Positions 31,508 through 41,924 of a DNA stretch of 64,000 nucleotides are shown piece after piece. Within the stretch, counting starts at the first letter, position 1. Every line of letters begins with the position of its first letter. The position numbers and the translations under genes were made by a program. The DNA lies in the NCBI GenBank assembly GCA_050011875.1, contig JBEKIG010000007.1, positions 32,001 through 96,000 on the forward strand, given 5' to 3'. Under the pieces are notes generated by a model that was not told the DNA's origin, did not search any database, and saw only the letters and a program-made list of their open reading frames with translations. Source of the DNA: Nitrososphaeria archaeon. Lineage in GTDB: Archaea > Thermoproteota > Nitrososphaeria > JACIWG01.

Positions 31508-32512
31508 TTACGACTTAAAAGATTGTGGTCTTGATTCTTTTCCCGATATTTTATAGAGGATATAGCCATAAGAGATAGCCACCCCTGGCAATAAATAATA
31601 AATGAAACTAACGAAGCCATATAGGCGGTTACGTTTTGCCTTAAAAATGTGGTATACCAATAGAGGTATGAAGTATAAGAGAGCAATGGGCCAATAGAAG
31701 AAAGAAACGATAAGTACGAAGGGCAGAAAGAAATAAATAATTAGCCTAAAGTAGTGTGTTCTAGAACGTGTGCCCAAGAATCCATCATAGATACGGGGCA
31801 TTTGTCTAAAGCAATATTTGACATATTTAAGATAATTGAGTCTTTTGGTTGTAGCCACATAACCCCTCGAATGCTTAAAAACTTCGGGCTTAAGATGTAT
31901 ACAATGGGTTCGACTATCTGCCACCGTCTTAAGCTTTGCCCCTTTAACTCGTAAGAAGAATTCAGTATCTTCGGAATAGTCCATTTTCTCGTCGAATCCT
32001 CCTATTTTGTCAAAAGTCTCTTTTTTTATCATGGTGAAGCCTAGTCCTAAACCAGAAACATTCGTGAAACCATCATTCAACCGCATCATGTATATTTTCT
32101 CATCCAGCTTTTGTTCGCCTTCTAGGTAGTATGGATACCCTATGGCAACTACATCTTTCTCATTCAACAAATATTCTACTAACCGCTTAACTGATTCACT
32201 GTCCGGTGCCAAAACATCACTATCCCAGAATAAAATAAAGTCACCAACCATATTTCTCAGGCATATGTTTCTTGCCTGCGGTATGTTTGACTTTTCCCTA
32301 AGAAGTGAAATCTCCAAATAAGCATCTCTCTCTTTCTCTGAGAAACTCTGTAGAACTTCAAATGTTCCATCTGTAGAATAGTTGTCTACAAACACTATCT
32401 TAGTCCTCTTCCTAGGATAAGCCTGACTTAAAATAGAAGTCAATACACTTTCTATACAATATCTCCTATTAAATACCGGTACAGCTATTGTTATTACTGG
32501 TAGAGAATCCAA
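31508..32512 (-). CDS. Glycosyltransferase family 2
   Basis: VDNYSTDGT, FWDSD, GGFDE..ED. Confidence 0.85.
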   Translation of the reverse strand: MDSLPVITIAVPVFNRRYCIESVLTSILSQAYPRKRTKIVFVDNYSTDGTFEVLQSFSEKERDAYLEISLLREKSNIPQARNICLRNMVGDFILFWDSDVLAPDSESVKRLVEYLLNEKDVVAIGYPYYLEGEQKLDEKIYMMRLNDGFTNVSGLGLGFTMIKKETFDKIGGFDEKMDYSEDTEFFLRVKGAKLKTVADSRTHCIHLKPEVFKHSRGYVATTKRLNYLKYVKYCFRQMPRIYDGFLGTRSRTHYFRLIIYFFLPFVLIVSFFYWPIALLYFIPLLVYHIFKAKRNRLYGFVSFIYYLLPGVAISYGYILYKISGKESRPQSFKS

Positions 32513-32749
32513 CTTGTTCGCTTATAAATAAAGTTTCGAATAGGATATATTATAAGGTTTGCTAACTTGAAATTAATAGTAGGTTAATAATAATATGACC
32601 GCATTTTTTGATTGCCTTGCGAAAAGTTTATACAATCAGCTATCTCCACGAATAAAAACCGATTGATTTCCATATAGTAATCTTTTTTGCAATCTGATTT
32701 ATGAGTAAATGAGATAGTTTAGCGTAAATTCAGCAACGGAGAGCTTCTA

Positions 32750-32974
32750 CTAGCTAAAGTGAGCTAATAGTGCTTGCATACCCTGCGGTGTCAAAAATAA
32801 GCGCCCATCAGTCAGCTCAGACACATAACCCTTTTCCTTAAAAAATTCTAGTTTGTTTAACTCAGATAACAACTTTTTCTTATCAATAGCCTCTTTTTCT
32901 GATACAGCATGATGAGTGAACATCAGCTCCTCTAATAATGTATACACCCTGTCAGACCTCAAATCTCTTGGCAT
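32750..32974 (-). CDS. Small hypothetical protein, winged-helix-like
   Basis: KGYV...LFLTPQG wing pattern. Confidence 0.6.
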   Translation of the reverse strand: MPRDLRSDRVYTLLEELMFTHHAVSEKEAIDKKKLLSELNKLEFFKEKGYVSELTDGRLFLTPQGMQALLAHFS

Positions 32975-33064
32975 TTTACTACCAAATCTCTTATTACAAC
33001 TTGCCCTTTATTAATCTTAGCTATTAGATAAGACTCACCCATTACCATCTATTACCATCACCCA

Positions 33065-34651
33065 TTACTCTCTTTTGAAGATTGAAATGAGATTAGATTC
33101 ATAAGTCAGCACAAGATTTATCAGAGGCTGGATTAACTTAATTCTTTTTAATAATAATCTAAAATTTTCTATGTCAGATTCTTCTATAGCCTTAACTGCA
33201 GGCAGCAGCGTTAAGTAGAGGAAAACAAATACACATGCATACAGAATTAAACCCAAGAATCTGTAGTAAAACTGCTGGCTGGCTGATTGGACATACAATG
33301 AAAGGAGCAGAGTTGGAATCGCTGACAAGATAGACGCCAAATATATTCGAGAAGACGACTTCAGATCAAATTTGACTTGAAGCTTTTTTATAATGGCCCA
33401 TAAACTGTAAGCAAAAGAGCAGGTAAATGAAATTATTATTGCAATAAGAAATCCAGGCACACCGTAAAATTTTGTAAGAAGAAAAGCTAGTGGTAGAAAA
33501 ATAATCATATTAATTAAACCACTGTATAGAGAAATTCTTGTTTCACCAGATCCATAAATTATGTAATTAATGACAACAGACCCAAAGCCAGCGTATAGGT
33601 TAGTTAGAACATAAAGAGAAAGAAAAAGAGGGGCTGAAGTATAGACTCGCCCATAGAGAGTAAATACGATATCTTTTGATAGGATAGCAGTAATCAACGT
33701 ACCAGGAACTACAAATATGGCAGTATATTTTACAGAAAATTTGAACAGACTATTGAGTTCAGAAGTACCACGCTTTACTTTAGAGAAAGCAGGAAAGAGT
33801 GCGGCAGCCGGATAGGTCAGCACACTAATTAATGTAAGTAGTCCGGTAGCAACATTAAAGTTACCGATATCCATATTAGAAACGAAAAGTGCTAATATCA
33901 AGAGCTGAATTTGTGAAATTACAGTGCCAAGCAAATTTGAGACATATAAGGGGAACCCGTAGGATATCATCAACCTCATATTTTCAATGAATTTGTTATT
34001 AGAGGGTTTACCTAATCCTTTATAGAGCTTGTAAAAGAAAATTCCACCAAGGCAACAAGCAAAGATATAACTGATTACATGACTAGTTAATGCGCCAAAC
34101 ACACCAAAACCTAATACCAAAAGTAAAGCGGATAAAACAGTCTTTACCAAAGCTTGTATGTTAAGTATTATAGCATTACCCTCCATTTTATCTAATCCAA
34201 TAAAAGAAGAACTCAAATAGTTGAAGGAAGTCTGAAGCAATATCATAAGAGATGAGAGCTTTATGAACAGACCCATACTTGGCCTGTTGAGAACATAAGT
34301 GGCCAATGAATCTGAGAATAAGAAACAAAGAATAGAGAATATTACACTTGTAAAGAATATATAGAAAAAACCAGATTTTAATATACTGGCTGCGAGGTCA
34401 TTTCTACCTTCGGCTCTGAACTTCGCGGCGAATCTCGTCAAGGCAGTTCCGACACCAAGATCAAGGAAGTAAAGTATTAGATTGGGAACCACCAAGGCTA
34501 GAACAAAAAGACCGTAGCCATTAGGCCCCAGAAGTCTAGCCACGATAATAGAGCATATTGCAAGGATAACTAAGGAAAGGAAATATCCTACAAACAGAAG
34601 TATGCCTCCTCGCGCAGAACTCTGAATAGTATCAGAAAAGCTCTCCGTCAT
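33065..34651 (-). CDS. Oligosaccharide flippase (Wzx/MOP family)
   Basis: ARLLGPNGYG, many TM helices, glycosylation context. Confidence 0.88.
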   Translation of the reverse strand: MTESFSDTIQSSARGGILLFVGYFLSLVILAICSIIVARLLGPNGYGLFVLALVVPNLILYFLDLGVGTALTRFAAKFRAEGRNDLAASILKSGFFYIFFTSVIFSILCFLFSDSLATYVLNRPSMGLFIKLSSLMILLQTSFNYLSSSFIGLDKMEGNAIILNIQALVKTVLSALLLVLGFGVFGALTSHVISYIFACCLGGIFFYKLYKGLGKPSNNKFIENMRLMISYGFPLYVSNLLGTVISQIQLLILALFVSNMDIGNFNVATGLLTLISVLTYPAAALFPAFSKVKRGTSELNSLFKFSVKYTAIFVVPGTLITAILSKDIVFTLYGRVYTSAPLFLSLYVLTNLYAGFGSVVINYIIYGSGETRISLYSGLINMIIFLPLAFLLTKFYGVPGFLIAIIISFTCSFAYSLWAIIKKLQVKFDLKSSSRIYLASILSAIPTLLLSLYVQSASQQFYYRFLGLILYACVFVFLYLTLLPAVKAIEESDIENFRLLLKRIKLIQPLINLVLTYESNLISIFKRE

Positions 34652-34661
34652 TATAGCACCA

Positions 34662-35393
34662 CTACTTTCTTAAATTTGAAAAATACCTTTTTGCGTTATT
34701 ATAAGATTGCATAGTACCTATATCCCACCATGCACCCTCTAGAAGATATCCGTATACAAGTTCTTTCTTGCAAAACCATTCTATGAACCTACCTGGAGAA
34801 TCAGGGTTAAGCCCGCCCTCAATATATTCTTCCAGTCTTGTTAAAATCCTGTTTGGAAAAATGTATAAGCAGGTGCCAATCATGGTTGTCTTAGGATTTT
34901 CAGGTTTTTCTGTAAACTCCAAGATCCTGTTATCAGCGTTTATGATAACAGTCGAATAGTTCTTAACGACCCTAAAATCTCTTATATCATATAAGCCTAC
35001 GATAGGAACTTTCAGTTGTCTGTATACTTCTATCATATCTCTCAAGCTACTAGTAAACAGATTATCGCCAGCAACAACAAGATAGTCATCCTTCACAACA
35101 GCAGTCAAATTTGCCAGAGCCTTTACAGCTCCAACCTTCTCCCTTTCGCTTCTAGCTGCTTCTGCTATGATCATAATATCTTTTCTTCCGCTTTTTGAAA
35201 GCCACGCATCAAAATTGGGCTTAAATTTCGTATTTGTTGATATAGTAATATCCTCGATCTCTAGCTCATCAATCTTGTCTAACAAATATTCGATTATGGG
35301 CTTACCAGCAACAGGAAGAAGAGGTTTAGGCCTGTCAATTGTCAAAGGCCAAAGTCTCCTTGCAAACCCTCCTGCTAGGATCACAGCCTTCAT
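34662..35393 (-). CDS. Sugar-phosphate nucleotidyltransferase
   Basis: ILAGGFARRL.P...PKPLLP, FTEKP, WDIGT. Confidence 0.9.
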   Translation of the reverse strand: MKAVILAGGFARRLWPLTIDRPKPLLPVAGKPIIEYLLDKIDELEIEDITISTNTKFKPNFDAWLSKSGRKDIMIIAEAARSEREKVGAVKALANLTAVVKDDYLVVAGDNLFTSSLRDMIEVYRQLKVPIVGLYDIRDFRVVKNYSTVIINADNRILEFTEKPENPKTTMIGTCLYIFPNRILTRLEEYIEGGLNPDSPGRFIEWFCKKELVYGYLLEGAWWDIGTMQSYNNAKRYFSNLRK

Positions 35394-35548
35394 TAAAACA
35401 TAACACCCCAGCCAACTAAAGATGATAAAAGGAGTGTATTAAACAATATCAGACTTAATAAGGGAATGCTCAAGAATTCCTTATCGAGCTACTACAAAAA
35501 GCTTTATGCACGTATACTTCTAATTCCTCTTGAAGACTTTATGTGCTT

Positions 35549-37462
35549 TTATTTTGAAGAACGACCTCCTCTTAGATGCCTTAACAGATCTAGCATTTCC
35601 TCATATGTTTTAAAGACTCTCTTACTTCTTGTCGTCTTCTGGAGCTTTTCTACAATTAGTTCTGGAGAACTTGTACCCAATCTGTTGAATGTAGGCTGTC
35701 TGTCAACAATAAGGTTCCCCTCTTCGTCTATGCCCGTAGCTTCTATACCATCAACCCTAAATTCAGTTTTAAGATATGGAATTGTGTCACCTGCAAGATG
35801 AGTGACAAACAGTGCAAGACTCTGCTTCGGTAGATTGTTAAGAAATACCGCCACAATCCTAGCGATTGCCTTTGGTTCAGTTAATGCTTCAAACTCGTCC
35901 ATCAGAATAAGCTTCCTTTCTCTTCTAGAAAGTATTGGAATTGTTGATTTTAGTGCATGTTCTAAACTGCCTATCTTCCTGACAGTTCTCCTTCTGAAAA
36001 GGTATATGCTTATTATCGGAGACTCTGCTTTATATGCTGGAACAGGAAGACCGAGCATAGACATTGTTGCAACTTGAGCCACCGTTGTAAGTAGGGTTGT
36101 TTTACCGCCACTGTTAGCGCCCGTTAGCAGGACGACTTTAGACGTGTTAGCACCAAATATCTCCAAGTCCGTGCGCCCTATCGAATAGTCTACGTTCTGT
36201 ATTTTGACTTGTCCTTTAAGCTCGTCTTGAATTAGAAAGATGTTTCTTCCACCGATGAACCCTATGCCTTCTTCTACGGTCTTCGCGAAGGATAGATGGT
36301 ATTCTTCCTTGAAATTGAAAATAGATAAAATTAGATCGAATTCATAAAGTTCTTCGGCGATCTCTCCCAACATGTCAAGATATTTTGATAGATCACGAGA
36401 AACTCTGAGGTATTCCATGAACGAGGCCTTTGCCTTGCTCTTCTCTAGTCCTTCAACGATCTGGTTTACCATGTAGGTTGAAAAGTAAAATGGTGTTCTG
36501 GCGTTCTCTAAGGCATCTCTGACCAGCGTCGATAGTCTCTTCTCATCTAGGCCCAATTTCGACCCAAGTCTCCCAATAACATCAGAAATTAGGCTTTTAT
36601 ACTCTCTAGAATCCGAATTCGATTTCATCATGCTTTCTATACCTTCATTAATTTCAAGTTCGCCCTCCTCTATTGTAGATCTAGGATCAACTCTATCCAG
36701 CTTCATGTTTCCAAGGAGATTTAGCATATTGCTTGCATCTTCAACATTTGAAAAAAGACCGTATAGTTCAAGCTCTTTTTCCTTGAACATTCTTCCGATC
36801 GTCTGGTACGCTTCTAAGACGGTCTTGAAGGATTCAAATATCCCGATGAACCTGTCTGGCACAAGTTCGAAGAACTCAAAGGATCCTTGGAGTGATATAC
36901 AATCTTTAACTTCACCAAAGCCAACACAAATAAGTAAATCTTTACCTTTTGAAAGCTCTGCAATATCCTTTTTAGAGACAACGTCGACGTGCAAACCCTT
37001 GCTTATACTGGACAGGGACTGCCTAAGTTCCTCGCTACTAACAGCTATAGAAGAATTTAACGGAGGCTTTACTGTAACCAATTTAACATTTTTTATAACA
37101 TCTCTGGCCAAAGAAGAAATCTCCTTATTCGATTTGAGGGTTGTGAAGATATTATTGAGGAAAGAGATTCTCTCATTCAACTTTCCGGCATTTGAAAATG
37201 GTGTAAGGGTGAGAATCCTGTCTTCAGTAACCTTGTTACCACAGTATGGAGTGACAAGCTTCAGGATGTCTTTTAAAAGTTGTATTGAATCGGAAGTCCT
37301 AAATACTTCCCTGTTATCTGAACCAGTGAATTCACTCCTATACCGTTGGATAAGCTTTAGAGCCTCTTTTCTATCAACATTTTTGGTATATGAAATTCCT
37401 TCTAAGAAGGGTAACCTTATATAAATGTCAAAGAGGATGTCCTCAACACCCTTTAGTGTCAT
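35549..37462 (-). CDS. MutS-related ATPase (archaeal MutS-domain-V protein)
   Basis: LTGANSGGKTT, LILMDEFEALTEP, FVTHL, GTSSPE; no recognisable mismatch-binding N-terminus. Confidence 0.8.
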   Translation of the reverse strand: MTLKGVEDILFDIYIRLPFLEGISYTKNVDRKEALKLIQRYRSEFTGSDNREVFRTSDSIQLLKDILKLVTPYCGNKVTEDRILTLTPFSNAGKLNERISFLNNIFTTLKSNKEISSLARDVIKNVKLVTVKPPLNSSIAVSSEELRQSLSSISKGLHVDVVSKKDIAELSKGKDLLICVGFGEVKDCISLQGSFEFFELVPDRFIGIFESFKTVLEAYQTIGRMFKEKELELYGLFSNVEDASNMLNLLGNMKLDRVDPRSTIEEGELEINEGIESMMKSNSDSREYKSLISDVIGRLGSKLGLDEKRLSTLVRDALENARTPFYFSTYMVNQIVEGLEKSKAKASFMEYLRVSRDLSKYLDMLGEIAEELYEFDLILSIFNFKEEYHLSFAKTVEEGIGFIGGRNIFLIQDELKGQVKIQNVDYSIGRTDLEIFGANTSKVVLLTGANSGGKTTLLTTVAQVATMSMLGLPVPAYKAESPIISIYLFRRRTVRKIGSLEHALKSTIPILSRRERKLILMDEFEALTEPKAIARIVAVFLNNLPKQSLALFVTHLAGDTIPYLKTEFRVDGIEATGIDEEGNLIVDRQPTFNRLGTSSPELIVEKLQKTTRSKRVFKTYEEMLDLLRHLRGGRSSK

Positions 37463-37589
37463 AATTGAATTATGGCCTAGAAAGGTGTTTTAAGCTTTAT
37501 CACAGAAAGTTCACACACCTCTAATATTATTAAAAAAGAATTATAAACAACATACGAGAAACATGTTACTTGAGGTGTTTAGGTAGATC

Positions 37590-38557
37590 ATGTTTTTTGG
37601 ACAAGGGAATTACACATATAATGTTATAGAAGGATGGGGAAAACACTTCTATTCACCTTCCGTCGAAGTTTCAGGATTAGCAATTGACGGAAAAGACAAC
37701 GTGTACATTCTTACGAGGGGACTTGACCCTGTTTTGGTTTACGATTGCAACGGAAGCTTTATCAGATGTTTTTGGGAAGGGAATTTGCTAGTTGGCCACA
37801 TGGCCTATGCATTACACCAGATAGTTTCCTTCTCTCTGCAGACGGAGACCATACCGTAAAAAAGTTTACTCCAGAAGGGGAACTTATGATGATATTAGGT
37901 AAGAGAAACCAGCCTTCTAACACTGGATGTGTCGGCAAAGATTATAGTACAATCAAACAGGCTGCGGGCCCATTTAACTATCCAACTGACATTGCCTTAG
38001 ATGATGAACAGAACATTTATGTATCAGATGGCTACGGAAATTGCAGAGTACACGTTTTTTCTAAGGAAGGGGAGTTTATTTGTTCTTGGGGGGAACCAGC
38101 AAGAAGGCCGGGACAGTTCAACCTACCCCACGGTATATTCGTCCATGACCGTATAGTATACGTGGCTGACAGAGAAAATTCTCGCATCCAGCTATTTGAT
38201 ACCAAAGGAGAGTTTCTTAACGAATGAAGTGTTAATAGGCCCACAGACGTTTACGTACATGATAAGGAAGTCTACGTTAGTGAGTTAGGATATAATACGG
38301 GCTTAAGACTGATATCAACTGAGCCTAAGGACAGTGTTAAAACTGCGAGGGTGAGCATCTTTAGCTTGGACGGCGAGCTTCTCTCAAGGTGGGGAACAGA
38401 TGATCGTCTGTCGCCAGGAAGCTTCTATGTGCCACACGCGCTCTGTGTGGATTCTAAAGGAAGCATCTATGTAGGAGAAGTCATCATAACATCACCGGAG
38501 AAGGGAAAAGTGCCTGGAAACGGTCATTCTTTACAAAAGTTTACGCCAAAACCATAA
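37590..38557 (+). pseudogene. NHL-repeat (PAL-like beta-propeller) protein, disrupted
   Basis: FNYPTDIA, YVSDGYGN, FNLPHGI, VADRENSRIQ; frameshift near 37770 and in-frame TGA at 38225. Confidence 0.85.
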
Positions 38558-38674
38558 ATAATTTGGCAGGCAATTAGATGACTCCTTACCAATTTCTGTT
38601 TGCTACATCATTCTCACTGTTCTTCAAAATATATGTCAACCAAGGATAACAGAAAAAAGGATAGAAGGATGGAT

Positions 38675-39001
38675 CTAAGATCTTTTTAGTTCTTTGCCAC
38701 ATTTATAGCAGAAGCGTGAATCGAATCGGTTCTTTTCTCCACACTGTAGGCAGATTATTGGCGCCCTTCCGGTTGATTCTTGAATATTCTTTTTAGTTGT
38801 TTCGAAAGCCTTCTCTATTTCCTTAGCTGCTAGAGTGAAAGCCTTCTCCATCTCTTGGCCCATCTTGTTAAAGGCTTCCCTGAGTTCATCAGAAGGGGCT
38901 ACAACACCTGCTTCAACACCTAATACAGTTCTAGCACCACATTTTGGACAAAAGTTCGCATCTTCAGTAAGAGGTTGGCCACATTTTGAGCAGAATCCCA
39001 T
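38675..39001 (-). CDS. Double zinc-ribbon domain protein
   Basis: FCSKCG..FCPKCG and CLQCG..FCYKCG flanking a coiled region. Confidence 0.8.
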   Translation of the reverse strand: MGFCSKCGQPLTEDANFCPKCGARTVLGVEAGVVAPSDELREAFNKMGQEMEKAFTLAAKEIEKAFETTKKNIQESTGRAPIICLQCGEKNRFDSRFCYKCGKELKRS

Positions 39002-39159
39002 AACAATTACCAGTTTTATAGAACATTAGGAGGGATTTAAATTTTATTCTATCCGTCACCTTCCTGTTATAAGCGAGGGGGAGATATTTGGATAAATCCC
39101 CAACATTAAACTGATCTAATGCTTTTAAGTTGTTTAGCGACAGAACTCAGATTAAATAC

Positions 39160-40254
39160 TTATTTTATGTAGAAATCTGCTAATACGGTGAAGGGCCTTA
39201 AGCTAGCCTTAAGATCGTCATCAGTAACTGTTAGATTGGAAATCCTATCAAGTATTTTTCTACGAAGTTTACTTGGTACGAATGAGGAGTAAGCCACATA
39301 ACTAAGTTTTTTTGGCATGACAATTAGAGGATTATACAAGCCTTTAACTGAACTGCAGAAGATATTTTGTGTATACGCGTCAAAAAAGGCTCTTGTGATT
39401 ATTCTGCCCTTGAAACCTTGGAATGGTCTATAGGGCAAGGATAGCATAAAAAATGTAGGTGTTGAAAGAGCTTTAATCATGCCACTTAAGTAGTGTCTCC
39501 TAAGGACATATCTATTTCTTATTTGAAGGTATTCTGTAAGGTCTGGAACCTTTCTGAAGGATTTTGAAACATGATGAAGGCCGACGGTTATAGGAATGAA
39601 AATGGACTTAAGACCATAGCTCCACATATTAAACGCTAGATCTGATTCGTCCCAGCATTCGAAAAGTTTGGGCTCGAAGAAGAGTCCTTTAACCTCCCTG
39701 ATCACTTTGACTTTGGAAGCGAAGCATTCGCCACTAGCGTAAGAAATAAATGAGCTTTTGTAAGGGCATTCAGAAACTTGCATTCCATTATATCTTCTAA
39801 TTACGCTAAAATTCCAGTCCACAAAATAACCTGCGTCACTTACGTGAAAACCGTCACCAGCCAAGTTTAATCCCTGAGCTAATACAATATCTTCACTCCG
39901 TTCAAGAAGGCCGATAAGATCTTTAACAAAATCTCTATTGGTGATGATAAAATCATTATGCATGAAGATCGCATACTCTGGGGAACCTTTTTTATCATCA
40001 TACCTTCTAAATCCTAGCTCGTTACCCCCCGAGTAGCCATGATTTCGATCTAACTTTATTAGAATTATATCCTTTCCAAACCTATCTTCTATGGTTTCAA
40101 AGCTGCCGTCAGAAGATGCGTTATCGATGACAACAACATCCAGTGAAGGATGATTGATACTTAGAGCACTTTCGATAGATTTGCGGACTATAGACTTAAA
40201 ATCTGAGCTATTATAGTTGAGTATGAAGACGACAACTTTAGGTCTAAGCATCAA
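39160..40254 (-). CDS. Glycosyltransferase family 2
   Basis: IDNASSDGS, NHGYSGGN. Confidence 0.85.
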   Translation of the reverse strand: MMLRPKVVVFILNYNSSDFKSIVRKSIESALSINHPSLDVVVIDNASSDGSFETIEDRFGKDIILIKLDRNHGYSGGNELGFRRYDDKKGSPEYAIFMHNDFIITNRDFVKDLIGLLERSEDIVLAQGLNLAGDGFHVSDAGYFVDWNFSVIRRYNGMQVSECPYKSSFISYASGECFASKVKVIREVKGLFFEPKLFECWDESDLAFNMWSYGLKSIFIPITVGLHHVSKSFRKVPDLTEYLQIRNRYVLRRHYLSGMIKALSTPTFFMLSLPYRPFQGFKGRIITRAFFDAYTQNIFCSSVKGLYNPLIVMPKKLSYVAYSSFVPSKLRRKILDRISNLTVTDDDLKASLRPFTVLADFYIK

Positions 40255-40359
40255 ACTATCCTATACTCTCCACTTCTCTAATCTAAAAACGTATCTTTAG
40301 GCTTTATTATAGAGATTGCTAATAGAATATAATATAAGGGTGTGAACCATGATAAAATT

Positions 40360-41553
40360 TTATTCATTTATTACACCAGATCTTGGAATCTTAACTGTAA
40401 ACGTTGAACCTGCACCTACTTTACTTTCAAAATCAATCGAACCATTATGTATTTCAATCAGCCGTTTACAGACGGAAAGCCCCAAACCTTGACCTTTAGA
40501 TTTGGTTGTAAACAAAGGAGTAAAAAGCTTATGAAAATTCTCCTTAGGTATTCCGACGCCTGTGTCTTGGACGCTAATGAGAGCCATATCATTCTCCACG
40601 GAACCCCTGACTGTAAGTTTGCCGCCGTCTGGCATCGCTTGAACAGCGTTATTGAACAGGTTCACGAACACTCTCTTCATCATCAGCGAATCAACCATCA
40701 AAAAAGGGAAGCCATCGCTGATGTCAATTGCAACCTTAACATTTTCAGGCACATTCACCATCGACAGAGCATTAACTATTAGTTGGCGCATGTTGATGAT
40801 TGTGAATACTGGCTCTATTGGCCTGCCAAAATCTTGAAGATCCAACACAATCTTGTTCATGTAATCTATCTGTTCGCGGCAAGCTACTATAAGTTGATCT
40901 AAGCCTTCCCTCTTAACAACTTCTCGTGTTCCAAGGGGAAGAGTTTCAATCCTAGTCTCAGCTAGATATAGGAGGTTAACTAGAACCTGTAATGGATTAC
41001 GAAGATCATGGCCTACCATGGTCGAGACCTGCCCTATCGCAATTATCCTTTCTGCTTCTTTAAGTTCCTTAGTTCTCTCATCGACTATCTCTTCTAGGTG
41101 CTCAGTATGTTTTCTAAGCTTTTCCTCAATCCTCTTACGCTCTGTAATATCTCTCCCTATGCCTTCAAGAACTATTAACTTGCCAGTGGGATCAGAAACT
41201 GGGATGTTAACCTGCTCTGTCCACACCAGACGGCCATCTTTACGCTTCCATCTCAGCTCTTGTCGAATATGCCCCTTTTTGTTAGGTGATTGAACCATCA
41301 TTTCAGCCAATTTTGGGGCGTCATCAGGGTGAATAATCTTCCACCAAAGGTTTTTATCATTGTAATGTTCTTTAGGAGTATAGCCCAATATCTTTGTAGA
41401 AGCAGAATTAACGTACTCAAACCCCTCTTCAGGACGATACAGAAAGATTAGGTCGTCAGCGTTTTCAGCAAGCCTACGGAAACGTTCTTCAGATATACCG
41501 CTAGGTAAGTACACATCATTTTGATTCTGGAAATCTTTATTCCGAATAGACAT
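40360..41553 (-). CDS. PAS-domain sensor histidine kinase
   Basis: PAS (IHPDD, RDITERK), HDLRNPL, NAVQAM, DTGVGI, GQGLGL; start taken at MSIRNK. Confidence 0.92.
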   Translation of the reverse strand: MSIRNKDFQNQNDVYLPSGISEERFRRLAENADDLIFLYRPEEGFEYVNSASTKILGYTPKEHYNDKNLWWKIIHPDDAPKLAEMMVQSPNKKGHIRQELRWKRKDGRLVWTEQVNIPVSDPTGKLIVLEGIGRDITERKRIEEKLRKHTEHLEEIVDERTKELKEAERIIAIGQVSTMVGHDLRNPLQVLVNLLYLAETRIETLPLGTREVVKREGLDQLIVACREQIDYMNKIVLDLQDFGRPIEPVFTIINMRQLIVNALSMVNVPENVKVAIDISDGFPFLMVDSLMMKRVFVNLFNNAVQAMPDGGKLTVRGSVENDMALISVQDTGVGIPKENFHKLFTPLFTTKSKGQGLGLSVCKRLIEIHNGSIDFESKVGAGSTFTVKIPRSGVINE

Positions 41554-41699
41554 ACTGTTATAGCCTATTATAATAGATGCTGGATGTTTAAATCTATATG
41601 CATTATGAAAAATAAGACGCATACATTAGCTGACAGGTTATATTTGCCATAGTAATCAAAATCTTGTCTCTAATACTTTATTGCAAGGAACTAAGTGAA

Positions 41700-41910
41700 C
41701 TTAGAATCACAGAAGAATATTCAACCCAAAATAAACCTTCTTCCCTTAAGTACGATGCTATCATTGGACATTATCTTGTAGTTTGAGCCTATTAAACTAT
41801 CGACAATTCTTTCTTGAACGTCTATTACACAGCCTTCCATAACAATAGAATTTTGATTTCTCCACTTTTAATGTTGCAGCTGTTCCCTATACTCGTATAT
41901 GGACCAAGTT
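41700..41910 (-). pseudogene. C-terminal remnant of long-form glucose-1-phosphate thymidylyltransferase
   Basis: GPYTSIGNSC...NSIVMEGC...IVDSLIG immediately downstream of rmlD. Confidence 0.65.
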
Positions 41911-41924
41911 AAATTATTATCCCA

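Noticed and set aside
33038-33067. ATTACCATC short repeats after the flippase gene
   Set aside because: Too short and low-complexity to support a function
36630-37424. 264-aa plus-strand ORF
   Set aside because: Antisense to the MutS-like gene, Ser-rich shadow composition; same for 18712-19374 and similar overlaps
7802-38227. TGA=Trp genetic code reassignment
   Set aside because: Intact genes (tkt, tal-pgi, HMG-CoA synthase, methyltransferase) end in TGA, and the NHL gene also carries a frameshift
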